Positions 29,715 to 38,339 of a stretch of 41,320 bases of DNA are shown here, in pieces. Positions within the stretch are counted from its first letter, which is position 1; each line of letters opens with the position of its first letter. Source of the DNA: Chloroflexota bacterium. GTDB taxonomy: Bacteria; Chloroflexota; Dehalococcoidia; Lucifugimonadales; JADFKI01. Under the pieces are notes generated by a model. The model was not told the origin of the DNA. It ran no database searches and was given only the letters and a program-made list of their open reading frames with translations. The stretch lies in assembly GCA_027623195.1 (NCBI GenBank), contig JAQBUT010000026.1:1-41320 (forward strand), read 5' to 3'. A program made the translations under genes and the position numbers.

Positions 29715-31601
29715 ATGCCAGAGATTGCCCAGGCAGGAGAATTTACCCTAGTTAGGGACTTTGCCATCATCATGGCAGTGGCCGGCGTGGCCATCATACT
29801 TTTCAGGCGGATTAAACAGCCGCCTGTCTTGGGCTACCTGATAGCTGGCCTTATTGTGGGACCGTTTACTCTACCGCTATTAGGCATCCAGTCTCCTGTT
29901 TCCAACGTCGAAAGCATTCGCCTGCTGGCCGATCTTGGACTGGTGTTGCTGCTGTTCGCGCTTGGGTTGGACTTCGGCTGGCACCGCATACGCCAAATGG
30001 GTCTGCGGGTCATTCTTATCGGCACCATCGAGATCATCTTCATGATTGCCCTGGGCTACGAGATAGCCATGCTGCTGGGCTGGAGCACCACGGAGGCCAT
30101 ATTCCTTGGAGGCGCTTTGTCCATAAGCAGCTCCGCAATCATTGTGAAGGTGCTGCGGGATAGAGGCCTTTTAATGACCTCCCACGGGAAGCTCATTGTG
30201 GGCATTCTGCTGGTCGAGGACTTCGCGGCCGTACTGTTGCTTAGTGTCCTATCCGGAGTTGCCATTACGGGCACCGCCAGCATGGGGGACGTATTCTCCC
30301 TGGTGGGCAAACTTACGGTGTTCTTCGTATCCGCCATATTCCTGGGAGCGTTGTTAGCCCCTCGTCTCATCAATTTCGTGGCCCGATTTCAGTCCCGGGA
30401 AACGCTTCTCATTGTTAGCCTCGCTCTCTGCTTTGGGTTGGGACTGGTTGCCGAGAGGCTGGGCATTTCCGCAGCCGCCGGGGCCTTCATCATAGGCACG
30501 GTTCTGGGAGACAGCGAACATTCCGAAGAGCTGAAGCAGACTATGGCGCCAGTCCGGGATATATTTGCCGCGCTATTCTTCGTGTCCATTGGGATGCTTA
30601 TCGACGTAGGCCTAATCGGCGACTACGTCTGGCCAGCGCTAATAATCTCGGGCGTCTTCCTGGTTGGCAAGATAGTAGCCGACACAATCGGGACTTTCAT
30701 CGCGGGCCACGACGGTACGACTTCCCTTAACGTGGGCGTGGGCATGCCGCAAATGGGGGAGTTCTCCCTGGCCATGACCAAGGTTGGCGCGGACTACGGA
30801 GCGATAGGGGCATTCCTGTACCCCATCATCGCCGTAGCCACGGCCATCACATCTTTTGTTTATCCGTTGGTTTCGCGGTCCGGGCAGTCGCTTGCTGGCT
30901 TCCTGTCGCAAAACTCACCATCGCTGGCCCATGAGTACGTTGACAATCTCTCGAGATCGCTAATTACCATGAGAGCCGCATTCACGTTGCAAGGACAGGT
31001 TGCATCGGACATCAGACGGTCCGGCAGGGTGATCATGGTCAACTTCGGCGTCATAATCGTCCTGATAGGAATAGGTACCTTTGCTCTAACCTTCGCGACA
31101 GAGCTGGCGGCCATGTTCCAGCTACAGGAGATTATGTTGGGGCTGGTGATTGGGGGCGGTGTAGTGCTGCTTTGCATGCCTCCAGCCGTGTTCATCTGGC
31201 GCTCACTGCAGCGATTGACTGACGAACTGTCCGCTGCCATCATCCGACGGGATATCGTTTCCATAAGCCTATGGGGCCGTGCCGACCTTCATGACGTGCT
31301 TCGGGACAGCATTCTCGTAGCGATGGCAGTGTTGCTGGCCATATGGAGCCTTCCCTTCATATCCCAACTGGTCATCATGGGCAGCTTCTCTGCCCCCATA
31401 CCAATAATGCTACTGGTGGGCCTCGTAGCGCTGCTTTGGCGTGTGGCCTTCAAAATCCACAACAGGCTGGTGAACGCCTTTAGCAAGACGTTCCTGGGAG
31501 ATCCAGACAATCAACCAATACGAACGCCGGAGCCCAAGCCTGTGGTACCTGAATCCCCCCTGTTCGAGCAGAACTTCCGCCACTATAGAAATCCACGTTA
31601 G
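29715..31601 (+). CDS. CPA2-family cation:proton antiporter with extra C-terminal TM segments
   Basis: QPPVLGYLIAG...GP, LLLFALGL, SSSAII.K, GILLVEDF, RDIFAALFFVSIG and GEFS. ATG 29715 follows GAGGT. Confidence 0.9.
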   Translation: MPEIAQAGEFTLVRDFAIIMAVAGVAIILFRRIKQPPVLGYLIAGLIVGPFTLPLLGIQSPVSNVESIRLLADLGLVLLLFALGLDFGWHRIRQMGLRVILIGTIEIIFMIALGYEIAMLLGWSTTEAIFLGGALSISSSAIIVKVLRDRGLLMTSHGKLIVGILLVEDFAAVLLLSVLSGVAITGTASMGDVFSLVGKLTVFFVSAIFLGALLAPRLINFVARFQSRETLLIVSLALCFGLGLVAERLGISAAAGAFIIGTVLGDSEHSEELKQTMAPVRDIFAALFFVSIGMLIDVGLIGDYVWPALIISGVFLVGKIVADTIGTFIAGHDGTTSLNVGVGMPQMGEFSLAMTKVGADYGAIGAFLYPIIAVATAITSFVYPLVSRSGQSLAGFLSQNSPSLAHEYVDNLSRSLITMRAAFTLQGQVASDIRRSGRVIMVNFGVIIVLIGIGTFALTFATELAAMFQLQEIMLGLVIGGGVVLLCMPPAVFIWRSLQRLTDELSAAIIRRDIVSISLWGRADLHDVLRDSILVAMAVLLAIWSLPFISQLVIMGSFSAPIPIMLLVGLVALLWRVAFKIHNRLVNAFSKTFLGDPDNQPIRTPEPKPVVPESPLFEQNFRHYRNPR

Positions 31602-31672
31602 TACGTCACGGCGATTGACAATAGCCCACGCGAATGCGTACATTGCGCTCGATTCCGTACTGGGAGCGCACT

Positions 31673-32791
31673 ATGATTGGTTACAACGGCAGATCGGTAG
31701 GCCTAATTCAATCCTCACCGGCGGCCTGCTACAGAGGCTACACCCTGTTCAGTGGCACAGGCAGCGACGGCGCCTACCTGATCGATACCGAAGGTCGCAT
31801 CTGCCATCGATGGCGTGACGAACGCGGAATCCAGTATGCCTACCTCCTCCCAAACGGCAATCTTCTGTGCCGGGCTGCGCCTCCGAAGGACCTCGAGGGG
31901 AAACAAGGCCTCAACGGAATATCGACGGCAATATTCGAGCTGGATTGGGATGGAAACCCCGTATGGGAGTACCGAAACGAGTGGTTGCATCACGATAGCC
32001 TGCGGCTGAACAACGGCAACACGCTGGTGATTTTGTGGGAACGAATGAGCAAGGACCTCACACAACAGGTCCAAGGCGGCTACTACCAGGATGACGACGC
32101 GGAAGAAATGCTGGGAGACGTAATCCTGGAAATCGCTCCCGACGGCTCGGAGTTGCGGCGCTGGCAGGCCTGGGACCACCTCAGCGTGGAAGAGGATGTG
32201 ATTTGTCCACTGGAGCACCGAATGGAGTGGACTCACTGCAACTCCGTACAAATCACCGCTGACGGCGACTGGCTTCTAAGCTTTCGCAAGATTGATACCG
32301 TGGCCATAGTGGATCCGTCAACTGGTGAGTTCAAGTGGAAATGGGGCCGAGGGGTGCTTTCTCACCAGCATCACGTCACCCACCTGGACAACGGCCATGT
32401 TCTGATGTTCGACAACGGGCCACACAGACGCGGCCCAGCGTATTCGAGGGTGATCGAGGTAGACCTGGAAAGCAATGAAATCGTATGGGAGTACAAGGGC
32501 GACCCCGTGTTCTCATTTTTCAGCTTCATGATAAGCGGAGCGGAACGCCTGCCCAATGGCAACACGCTGATTTGCGAAGGCGCCAAGGGACATATTTTTG
32601 AGGTTACGCCTGCCAAGGAGATCGTTTGGGAGTACATTAATCCCTTCTTTACCCGCAACCCGCGCTTTGGTGACAACGTAAACTTTCTGTTCCGCGCACA
32701 CCGTTACGGGCCGGACCATCCTGCCTTGGAAGGCAAGGACCTTGATCCCGCAAAATTCGCCAATCACAATCGACTTTTCGCAGGCACTTGA
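31673..32791 (+). CDS. Arylsulfotransferase (ASST-like) beta-propeller
   Basis: LPNGNLL, ELDWDG..VWEY, HHD, W.H.NS, LSFR, HQH, FDNG and RLPNGNTLICEG; no signal peptide. Confidence 0.85.
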   Translation: MIGYNGRSVGLIQSSPAACYRGYTLFSGTGSDGAYLIDTEGRICHRWRDERGIQYAYLLPNGNLLCRAAPPKDLEGKQGLNGISTAIFELDWDGNPVWEYRNEWLHHDSLRLNNGNTLVILWERMSKDLTQQVQGGYYQDDDAEEMLGDVILEIAPDGSELRRWQAWDHLSVEEDVICPLEHRMEWTHCNSVQITADGDWLLSFRKIDTVAIVDPSTGEFKWKWGRGVLSHQHHVTHLDNGHVLMFDNGPHRRGPAYSRVIEVDLESNEIVWEYKGDPVFSFFSFMISGAERLPNGNTLICEGAKGHIFEVTPAKEIVWEYINPFFTRNPRFGDNVNFLFRAHRYGPDHPALEGKDLDPAKFANHNRLFAGT

Positions 32792-33054
32792 TCCAGGGTC
32801 AATCTGAGTCGCCCCACTAGTGTGAGCCTGTGTAGATTTCTGGGTGGGAACTCGTATCTTTGAAGTCGGCTATGCCCCACGCCCCCATTAGGCCCATCGA
32901 GGAACTCCGCAGTAGTCCCGCGACCTCATTGAGGCCGTGCACGTATGCCAAGTGCGTGCCAGCCGTATGGCCGTCCAGGGAAACCTCTGTGACAATTGTT
33001 CTCACACCAGACACACATGATACTCACACCCGTGACACCCACTTCATCATATAA

Positions 33055-33639
33055 ATGAAGCGAATAAGACAAGCTATCAAGAGTCACTTGCAGTCCAGCT
33101 TGGGGCCATTGGGATTTCTGCTCATTGGAGTAGTCATCTTTTCGATTGGCTGCGGAAATTTCGTTGCTGGAGGCGACATAAACGTTGGCGTGCAGGCCTT
33201 CCGCGATTACATGCCAAAAGTCTCGCAAGTGGTGCCCCTGGGAGAAGCGGCGAGTGTCAAAAATTTGGCTGTCACCGTAACCAGGGTACGGGCCTCCGAC
33301 GGCAGAAGCGACGGTCCCATCCCACAACCGCCTCCAGATGGATACCAATACCTGCTGGTGGGGGTAGAGTTAGAAAATCAGGGCGACAAGCAAGAATTAA
33401 TATCATCAAGAATGAGCTTTAGCCTCTTTGATTCCCTGGGACACCCCCAGGAGTGGGTATACTACGCTGCAGCGGAGGGCCCAGTTGACGGCCAGATCGA
33501 CCCCGGCCTAAAGCGGCGGGGAGAGCTGAGCTGGAAGGTCAAGGTCGCAGAGGATGCCGAGGACTTTATGTTGGTGTTCGGGGATGTGGCATTCTCTTTA
33601 AGTGAGGCGACCGGTTATCAGCCGGGGGGGCCTGAATAA
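33055..33639 (+). CDS. DUF4352-like Ig-fold membrane/lipoprotein
   Basis: Hydrophobic N-terminus with SIGC, then VTVT...YLLVGVELEN.G...FSLFDS.G...GQIDPG..RRGEL. Confidence 0.75.
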   Translation: MKRIRQAIKSHLQSSLGPLGFLLIGVVIFSIGCGNFVAGGDINVGVQAFRDYMPKVSQVVPLGEAASVKNLAVTVTRVRASDGRSDGPIPQPPPDGYQYLLVGVELENQGDKQELISSRMSFSLFDSLGHPQEWVYYAAAEGPVDGQIDPGLKRRGELSWKVKVAEDAEDFMLVFGDVAFSLSEATGYQPGGPE

Positions 33640-33697
33640 TTAGATGTTGGCTGCTGGTCCGCCTAAGGCGGACTAGTCCGGGACCCATAGCGGAAAA

Positions 33698-33724
33698 TGG
33701 AGGCCTTGCTAAGCAAGGCCTCCA
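33698..33724. terminator. Bidirectional intrinsic terminator
   Basis: TGGAGGCCTTGC-taa-GCAAGGCCTCCA with AAAA upstream and CTTTATTTTT downstream. Confidence 0.85.
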
Positions 33725-33833
33725 CTTTATTTTTCCGGTTATCCGAAGTGTTATCGGATTTCGAGCACTGCCACGTTGCGGAGCGCTCGCACGAATAAGT
33801 GCCCTGGTATGCGACCACCGGCATTAGCTCCTG

Positions 33834-35042
33834 TTAGCCCCACCTGGGCTCCACATTCTCCGGTATATCGAAAAGATACTTGCCCACCTGCTCTCGAACC
33901 CTATCCGAAGCAGACGGGGCAGGCAGGGTACCGATTCGCACGTCTCGATAGTACCTCTCGAAGGCCTCACTCTCGTACAGCCCGTGCGCGCCGCGAACCA
34001 CCCAAAGCCCTTCCACCGCCTTTTGAGAGTTCTGGCGCGCCATGTGGCCAGCCATCCGCATTCGAATGCCGTCTCGGCGGTCAAATGGTTCGCCCCTATT
34101 GGCCTTGGCCAGTATTGCCCTTGCCTCTTGCAAAAGGAACGCCCTCGCCGACTCCACGAGCATCGCCGCGTCAGCAATGGCGAACTGGTTTCCAGGCATG
34201 CTGCTGCGAGGCGCACCGCCGTAGGACATTCCTACGTCATTGGCATACTCGATGGTGTCCCTTATGGCCGCCTGAGCTATCCCCAGCACTGTGCACGGCG
34301 GTGAGTAGCTTGTGCCAACAGGAACGCGCAACCCAGGGGGCACGTCTTCGTCAGACTGGCGAGAAGGAGTGGCGGGCGCCCTGCCCTCTTCTACGAATAC
34401 CTCCTCCAATGTCATGTCGTTGCTGCTGGATGCGCGAATCGACATGGTATGCCAGTTGTCATGAAGCGTAACGCCCGGGTCGTCTAGGGCCACGATAAGA
34501 TGTCGGCTGTGAGCCTTAGGAGGATTTCCTGTATCGCTCGAAGTCCAGTCCGGGGGTTGGCCCGGTGCCATGGTACTGAGCACGGCCCACTTGGCGTAGT
34601 TGGAGAAGCTCATGAATGGCCACCGACCGCTGCTTACGAATCCTCCAGGGGCCGGTCGCGTATCGCCTGTAGGGACTACTCCGTGGGCTACGACAGCGCC
34701 GTCATCCACGATGGCTCGCAGGTAAGGCTTGGCTGCTTCCCCCATGACCTCGTTTAGCCTGCGGACCGCTGCGGTGTGATTGCCTACGCACCAGGCAGTA
34801 GAAGCGCATGCGCCAGCCAGGGTCTCATACACCTGCATGAGCGTGACAAGGTTGGCCTCGGTGCCACCCAGACTTCGCGGAATCCCCATGGCCAGAATAC
34901 CTGCCTGATGAAGCTCCTGTACGGTCTCAGGATGCAGTGCGCCATTCTTCTCGGCCTCGGAGGCGCGCTGAGCGAGATTCACGGCCAGGGATTTTGCCTT
35001 CTCTACCAGACCAACATCGTAGTCCTTCTCATCCTCTACCAA
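33834..35042 (-). CDS. Acyl-CoA-dehydrogenase-fold flavin-dependent monooxygenase (HpaB/HsaA/DszC-like)
   Basis: IPRSLGG, CASTAW, SGRWPF.S, WHTMSIRASSSND, LGIAQAA and FERYYRDV. Confidence 0.82.
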   Translation of the reverse strand: MVEDEKDYDVGLVEKAKSLAVNLAQRASEAEKNGALHPETVQELHQAGILAMGIPRSLGGTEANLVTLMQVYETLAGACASTAWCVGNHTAAVRRLNEVMGEAAKPYLRAIVDDGAVVAHGVVPTGDTRPAPGGFVSSGRWPFMSFSNYAKWAVLSTMAPGQPPDWTSSDTGNPPKAHSRHLIVALDDPGVTLHDNWHTMSIRASSSNDMTLEEVFVEEGRAPATPSRQSDEDVPPGLRVPVGTSYSPPCTVLGIAQAAIRDTIEYANDVGMSYGGAPRSSMPGNQFAIADAAMLVESARAFLLQEARAILAKANRGEPFDRRDGIRMRMAGHMARQNSQKAVEGLWVVRGAHGLYESEAFERYYRDVRIGTLPAPSASDRVREQVGKYLFDIPENVEPRWG

Positions 35043-35061
35043 TTCAAAAACTCCGCCAAAA

Positions 35062-35277
35062 TCATTCCGCTTTGTGAAGCAGCCTGTGCAGTTCTATCCA
35101 GGCCAGCCAGTCTATGAAGCGGTCTTCGTAGTATAGCCTGTCCAGGATTTTCCCCGCCAATTGCAGCCGTCGCCCCCGTTCGTCCTGCGAGTTTGCCACG
35201 TCACGGACCTGGCACGCAGCGTCGATTAGGCCGCGCATGCTCAAAGCGTGCCCCACCAGCCATACATTGCGGTTCAA
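35062..35277 (-). CDS. Small hypothetical protein
   Basis: 71-aa ORF ending 19 nt upstream of the monooxygenase start on the same strand; weak start signals. Confidence 0.45.
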   Translation of the reverse strand: MNRNVWLVGHALSMRGLIDAACQVRDVANSQDERGRRLQLAGKILDRLYYEDRFIDWLAWIELHRLLHKAE

Positions 35278-35344
35278 ATTCGTTGGCTCATATAAGAATC
35301 ACATTATAATTAGCATGCTGAATTACTGGAACGGGGGCCAATAA

Positions 35345-35575
35345 ATGACGAGCCAAGGACAGACGGAAGCCATAGAGGCAGTTTGGTTCCTCTACTCTGA
35401 GGATGAGCAACCCATGGGCAGATTGTATCGCCGCGAAGGCGAGCCCAACCCGCAACTTGGATTGCACTTCGTGCACGGTGACGAAGGGCAAGAGGTTGAG
35501 ATACTCCAATTCAGAGAGCTAGGCCCGACTTGCATGATGCGTCGCTTCAGCGTGGTGGTTCGAGTTGTGGCGTAA
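35345..35575 (+). CDS. Small hypothetical protein
   Basis: 76-aa ORF with ATG after GGGG; fills the gap without overlapping real genes. Confidence 0.55.
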   Translation: MTSQGQTEAIEAVWFLYSEDEQPMGRLYRREGEPNPQLGLHFVHGDEGQEVEILQFRELGPTCMMRRFSVVVRVVA

Positions 35576-35613
35576 CGACGATGGGGCAGGCTCTGAACGT
35601 CTGTCTGGAAAGC

Positions 35614-35943
35614 CTATTTCGGCGGTAGAGTGGTGACGAAAGCCAGGCCTCGATCTACCCAGGACTGTAGGCCTACGTCCGAGTCGACACCATCGGTGTC
35701 GATGTAAACCATGCCCTTCATGGCCCTGCCGGTGAAGTCCATTTCACGAGCGTTAGGCTGCGCCAACGAGTCCTCGTACTGGTCAGGACCAACGCGGACC
35801 ATCAGCTCGTCGCCCACAACGCCGACGCACATGTTGCCTTCCACCATGAAGGCGATGCCCCCGAACATCTTCTTCTCGTCCACGCCTGTGTTGCCCTGAA
35901 ACACCTCTCGGATTCGTTGAGCCAAGCCTTCGTCATAAGCCAT
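35614..35943 (-). CDS. TfoX/Sxy N-terminal domain family protein
   Basis: MAYDEGLA.RIR...EKKMFGGIAFM..GNMC.GV...LMVRVG...MDFTGR.MKG...LPPK. Confidence 0.9.
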   Translation of the reverse strand: MAYDEGLAQRIREVFQGNTGVDEKKMFGGIAFMVEGNMCVGVVGDELMVRVGPDQYEDSLAQPNAREMDFTGRAMKGMVYIDTDGVDSDVGLQSWVDRGLAFVTTLPPK

Positions 35944-36124
35944 ATATCGCCTCCGATATCAGCACAATCGCCGACGTTACTAATGTCCAGATGAGCTTCC
36001 TACCGATTGTATCCGGTCACAGAAACTCTATCGGCGGTCAACTCGACTGTCAAGAAATCGACCTGGAGTATAATACCCGCCAAAGCTGGGACGATTTATG
36101 GTCCGAGTCAGATGGAGGAATCTC

Positions 36125-36943
36125 TTGGAATATAGAAAGCTTGGAAAACTTGACGTATCTGCGGTTGGCCTGGGCACTCTTCGAACATTCGATGTGGATT
36201 CGGAGGAAGATGTTGCGGTCCGCAAGGAGATCGTGGACAACTGCTTGACCGAAGACATTAATCTTATAGACAGTGCGAATTTCTACGGCCTCGCCGAAAA
36301 GGTCGTCGGCCTGGTAACCGAGGGACGGCGAGACAAGTTCTACCTTGCCACCAAGGTCCGATGCGAAGGGAAAGAGGCTGGCCTTGCGCAGATCGAAAAC
36401 TCGTTCAGCATGTTCAAGACGGACTACATCGACCTGTTCCAGGTGCACAACATGGTCGACTGGGAGACCCACATTCCCACGCTGCAGGCTCTGAAGGCGG
36501 AGGGAAGGACTGGAATGGTTGGCGTCTCCGCCATGGTGCACGAAGCCTACCCTACCATCGCCAACCTCATGCGCGAGGGGAGTGTCGACACCATACAGAT
36601 CCCTTATAACGTAATGGAGCGCGGCTGTGAGGAAGAGCTATTGCCTCTGGCAGAGGAGCTGGGTGTAGGCGTCCTGGTCATGGAGCCGCTAAAGAAGGGG
36701 CGTTACGTTAAGGAGCTAAAGCAGCAGCCTAACCTTACCCCACTAGCAGAGTTGGGCATCAAGACGTGGGCGCAAGCCCTGATTGCCTGGGTCCTGGGAG
36801 ATACTCGAGTCACCGCAGCGATTCCCACTACCTCACGACCTGAGCGAATCCACGAGAACGCAGTTGCCGGCCACATAGGCCCGATGCCTCAAGAGTTGCG
36901 AGACTACGTTAGGAAAGAGACGGAGCGCTGCCTGGAAGGGTAG
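36125..36943 (+). CDS. Aldo/keto reductase
   Basis: YRKLG, GLGT, IDSANFYG.AE, ATKV, TDYIDLFQVHN and QIPYN. TTG 36125 follows GGAGG. Confidence 0.92.
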   Translation: MEYRKLGKLDVSAVGLGTLRTFDVDSEEDVAVRKEIVDNCLTEDINLIDSANFYGLAEKVVGLVTEGRRDKFYLATKVRCEGKEAGLAQIENSFSMFKTDYIDLFQVHNMVDWETHIPTLQALKAEGRTGMVGVSAMVHEAYPTIANLMREGSVDTIQIPYNVMERGCEEELLPLAEELGVGVLVMEPLKKGRYVKELKQQPNLTPLAELGIKTWAQALIAWVLGDTRVTAAIPTTSRPERIHENAVAGHIGPMPQELRDYVRKETERCLEG

Positions 36944-36967
36944 CCATTCAATCAATCGGCTTGTATT

Positions 36968-37001
36968 TACAGAGGACGCGACATGAATCGCGCCCTCTGT
37001 A
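36968..37001. terminator. Hairpin/terminator, REP-like
   Basis: TACAGAGGACGCGA-catgaa-TCGCGCCCTCTGTA followed by TTTTCTT, between convergent genes. Confidence 0.65.
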
Positions 37002-37058
37002 TTTTCTTGTCATTCGACGGGATCATGACGAACGTCTAATTTTATGTAGCTGAAATAT

Positions 37059-38009
37059 TTAAAGCCGCTCAAGCTTGTTGATCCTGCCCCCTATGAGCCA
37101 CTCGGCAACGTAAATGTTGCCTGCAGGGTCTACCGCCATGCCGTGAGGACTGCTGAACTTCCCCTCTTCCAGAATATCGTGATCGACGTTGGGCCAGTTT
37201 TCTTTGAGCTTGAAAGCGCCTGTGTTCTCTCCCAGGTAGCCCACCAGGTTGTCATCCACATCCAGGATAGTCACGCGAGACCCGCGAAGCTCGGGCACCA
37301 GCATATAGTCACCCCACTGGGCGAAACCGCTGGGGCTGTGAAGCCAGTCCTGGCCTGCTCCTGTGCCGAACGCCCTGCGAAAGTCCCCCTCCAGCCCGTA
37401 GACCTGTATCTGCCCGTTGCTTCGGTCCGAAATATAAAGCTCCGGTTCCGACTTGCGAGTGTCGATCCAGATACCGTGAGGAGTGGCCAGCCTTCCGCCC
37501 TCCCCTTCTTCGCCATTGATGCTGCTTATGTAATGTCCGTCTCGATCGTAACGATGCACGTAACTGGAGCCGTACCCATCCGTAACGTATATGTCGCCGT
37601 TACCACCCATGCGCTCCTCGTATACCGCTGTGCCTGTGGGTGAGTATTTGCCCTCGCGGTAGACTTCGAGGTCTGGACGTTCAATGGACATTACCAGTTG
37701 TCCATCCAGCGTCGTCTTGACGACCTGGCTGCTGAGGTTATCGGCCAGCCACAGAAACTCCTGATCGCCCTCCTTGCTAATGGCCATACCGTGGGCGTTT
37801 TGTACCGTGGCCTCCCATGAATCGATCATGTTGCCCTGTTCATCGAAGATCAGGACGGTCGGGTCAGCCTGGTGGAACGAAAAGATATTCCCCGTCTCGC
37901 TAACGACAATATCGTGGTGAGCCCAGCCGGTACGAGCGCTTTCCGTCTCGGGGATATGTGCCCATTTCTCTACCCAGTTGTACTTGTGATCACCAGCATT
38001 TACCTGCAT
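37059..38009 (-). CDS. NHL-repeat beta-propeller (PAL-like)
   Basis: AHGMAI, PTGTAV..NGDIYVTDGYG, TPHGIWID..LYISDRSN and PHGMAVD..GNIYVAEW. ATG 38009 follows GGAGGG. Confidence 0.85.
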   Translation of the reverse strand: MQVNAGDHKYNWVEKWAHIPETESARTGWAHHDIVVSETGNIFSFHQADPTVLIFDEQGNMIDSWEATVQNAHGMAISKEGDQEFLWLADNLSSQVVKTTLDGQLVMSIERPDLEVYREGKYSPTGTAVYEERMGGNGDIYVTDGYGSSYVHRYDRDGHYISSINGEEGEGGRLATPHGIWIDTRKSEPELYISDRSNGQIQVYGLEGDFRRAFGTGAGQDWLHSPSGFAQWGDYMLVPELRGSRVTILDVDDNLVGYLGENTGAFKLKENWPNVDHDILEEGKFSSPHGMAVDPAGNIYVAEWLIGGRINKLERL

Positions 38010-38166
38010 CTGTTGCCCTCCTGAAGTCTTCTGGATTTTCCGCATTTAGATGTAGCGCGATTGGCAGTCGACCTCGCCCCCCATCCCCCTTCCGCAAGTG
38101 GAGAAGAGGCTTAGCCGGTTAAGACGATTCACTAGTAACTAAGATTCTGAGGTCATATCGGCAACC

Positions 38167-38195
38167 AGTCTAGAATCCTCTGGAAGGCCTGTCAA
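38167..38195 (-). promoter_or_regulatory. Sigma70-type promoter for the NHL gene
   Basis: Minus strand TTGACA (38195-38190), 17-nt spacer, TAGACT (38172-38167). Confidence 0.65.
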
Positions 38196-38215
38196 TCTAA
38201 TAACAAACGTGGATA

Positions 38216-38244
38216 TTGACAGGCAAAACCCACTGGCATATCAT
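38216..38244 (+). promoter_or_regulatory. Sigma70-type promoter for the GMC oxidoreductase
   Basis: TTGACA (38216-38221), 17-nt spacer, TATCAT (38239-38244). Confidence 0.7.
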
Positions 38245-38339
38245 CCCGCCTGCGGCGTAAGTCTCGACTCCCTAGAGGATGCTCGATGGAATCGACACGC
38301 GCTGCCACCAACAGGCTTAGAATATGCGGGAGGCTATCT

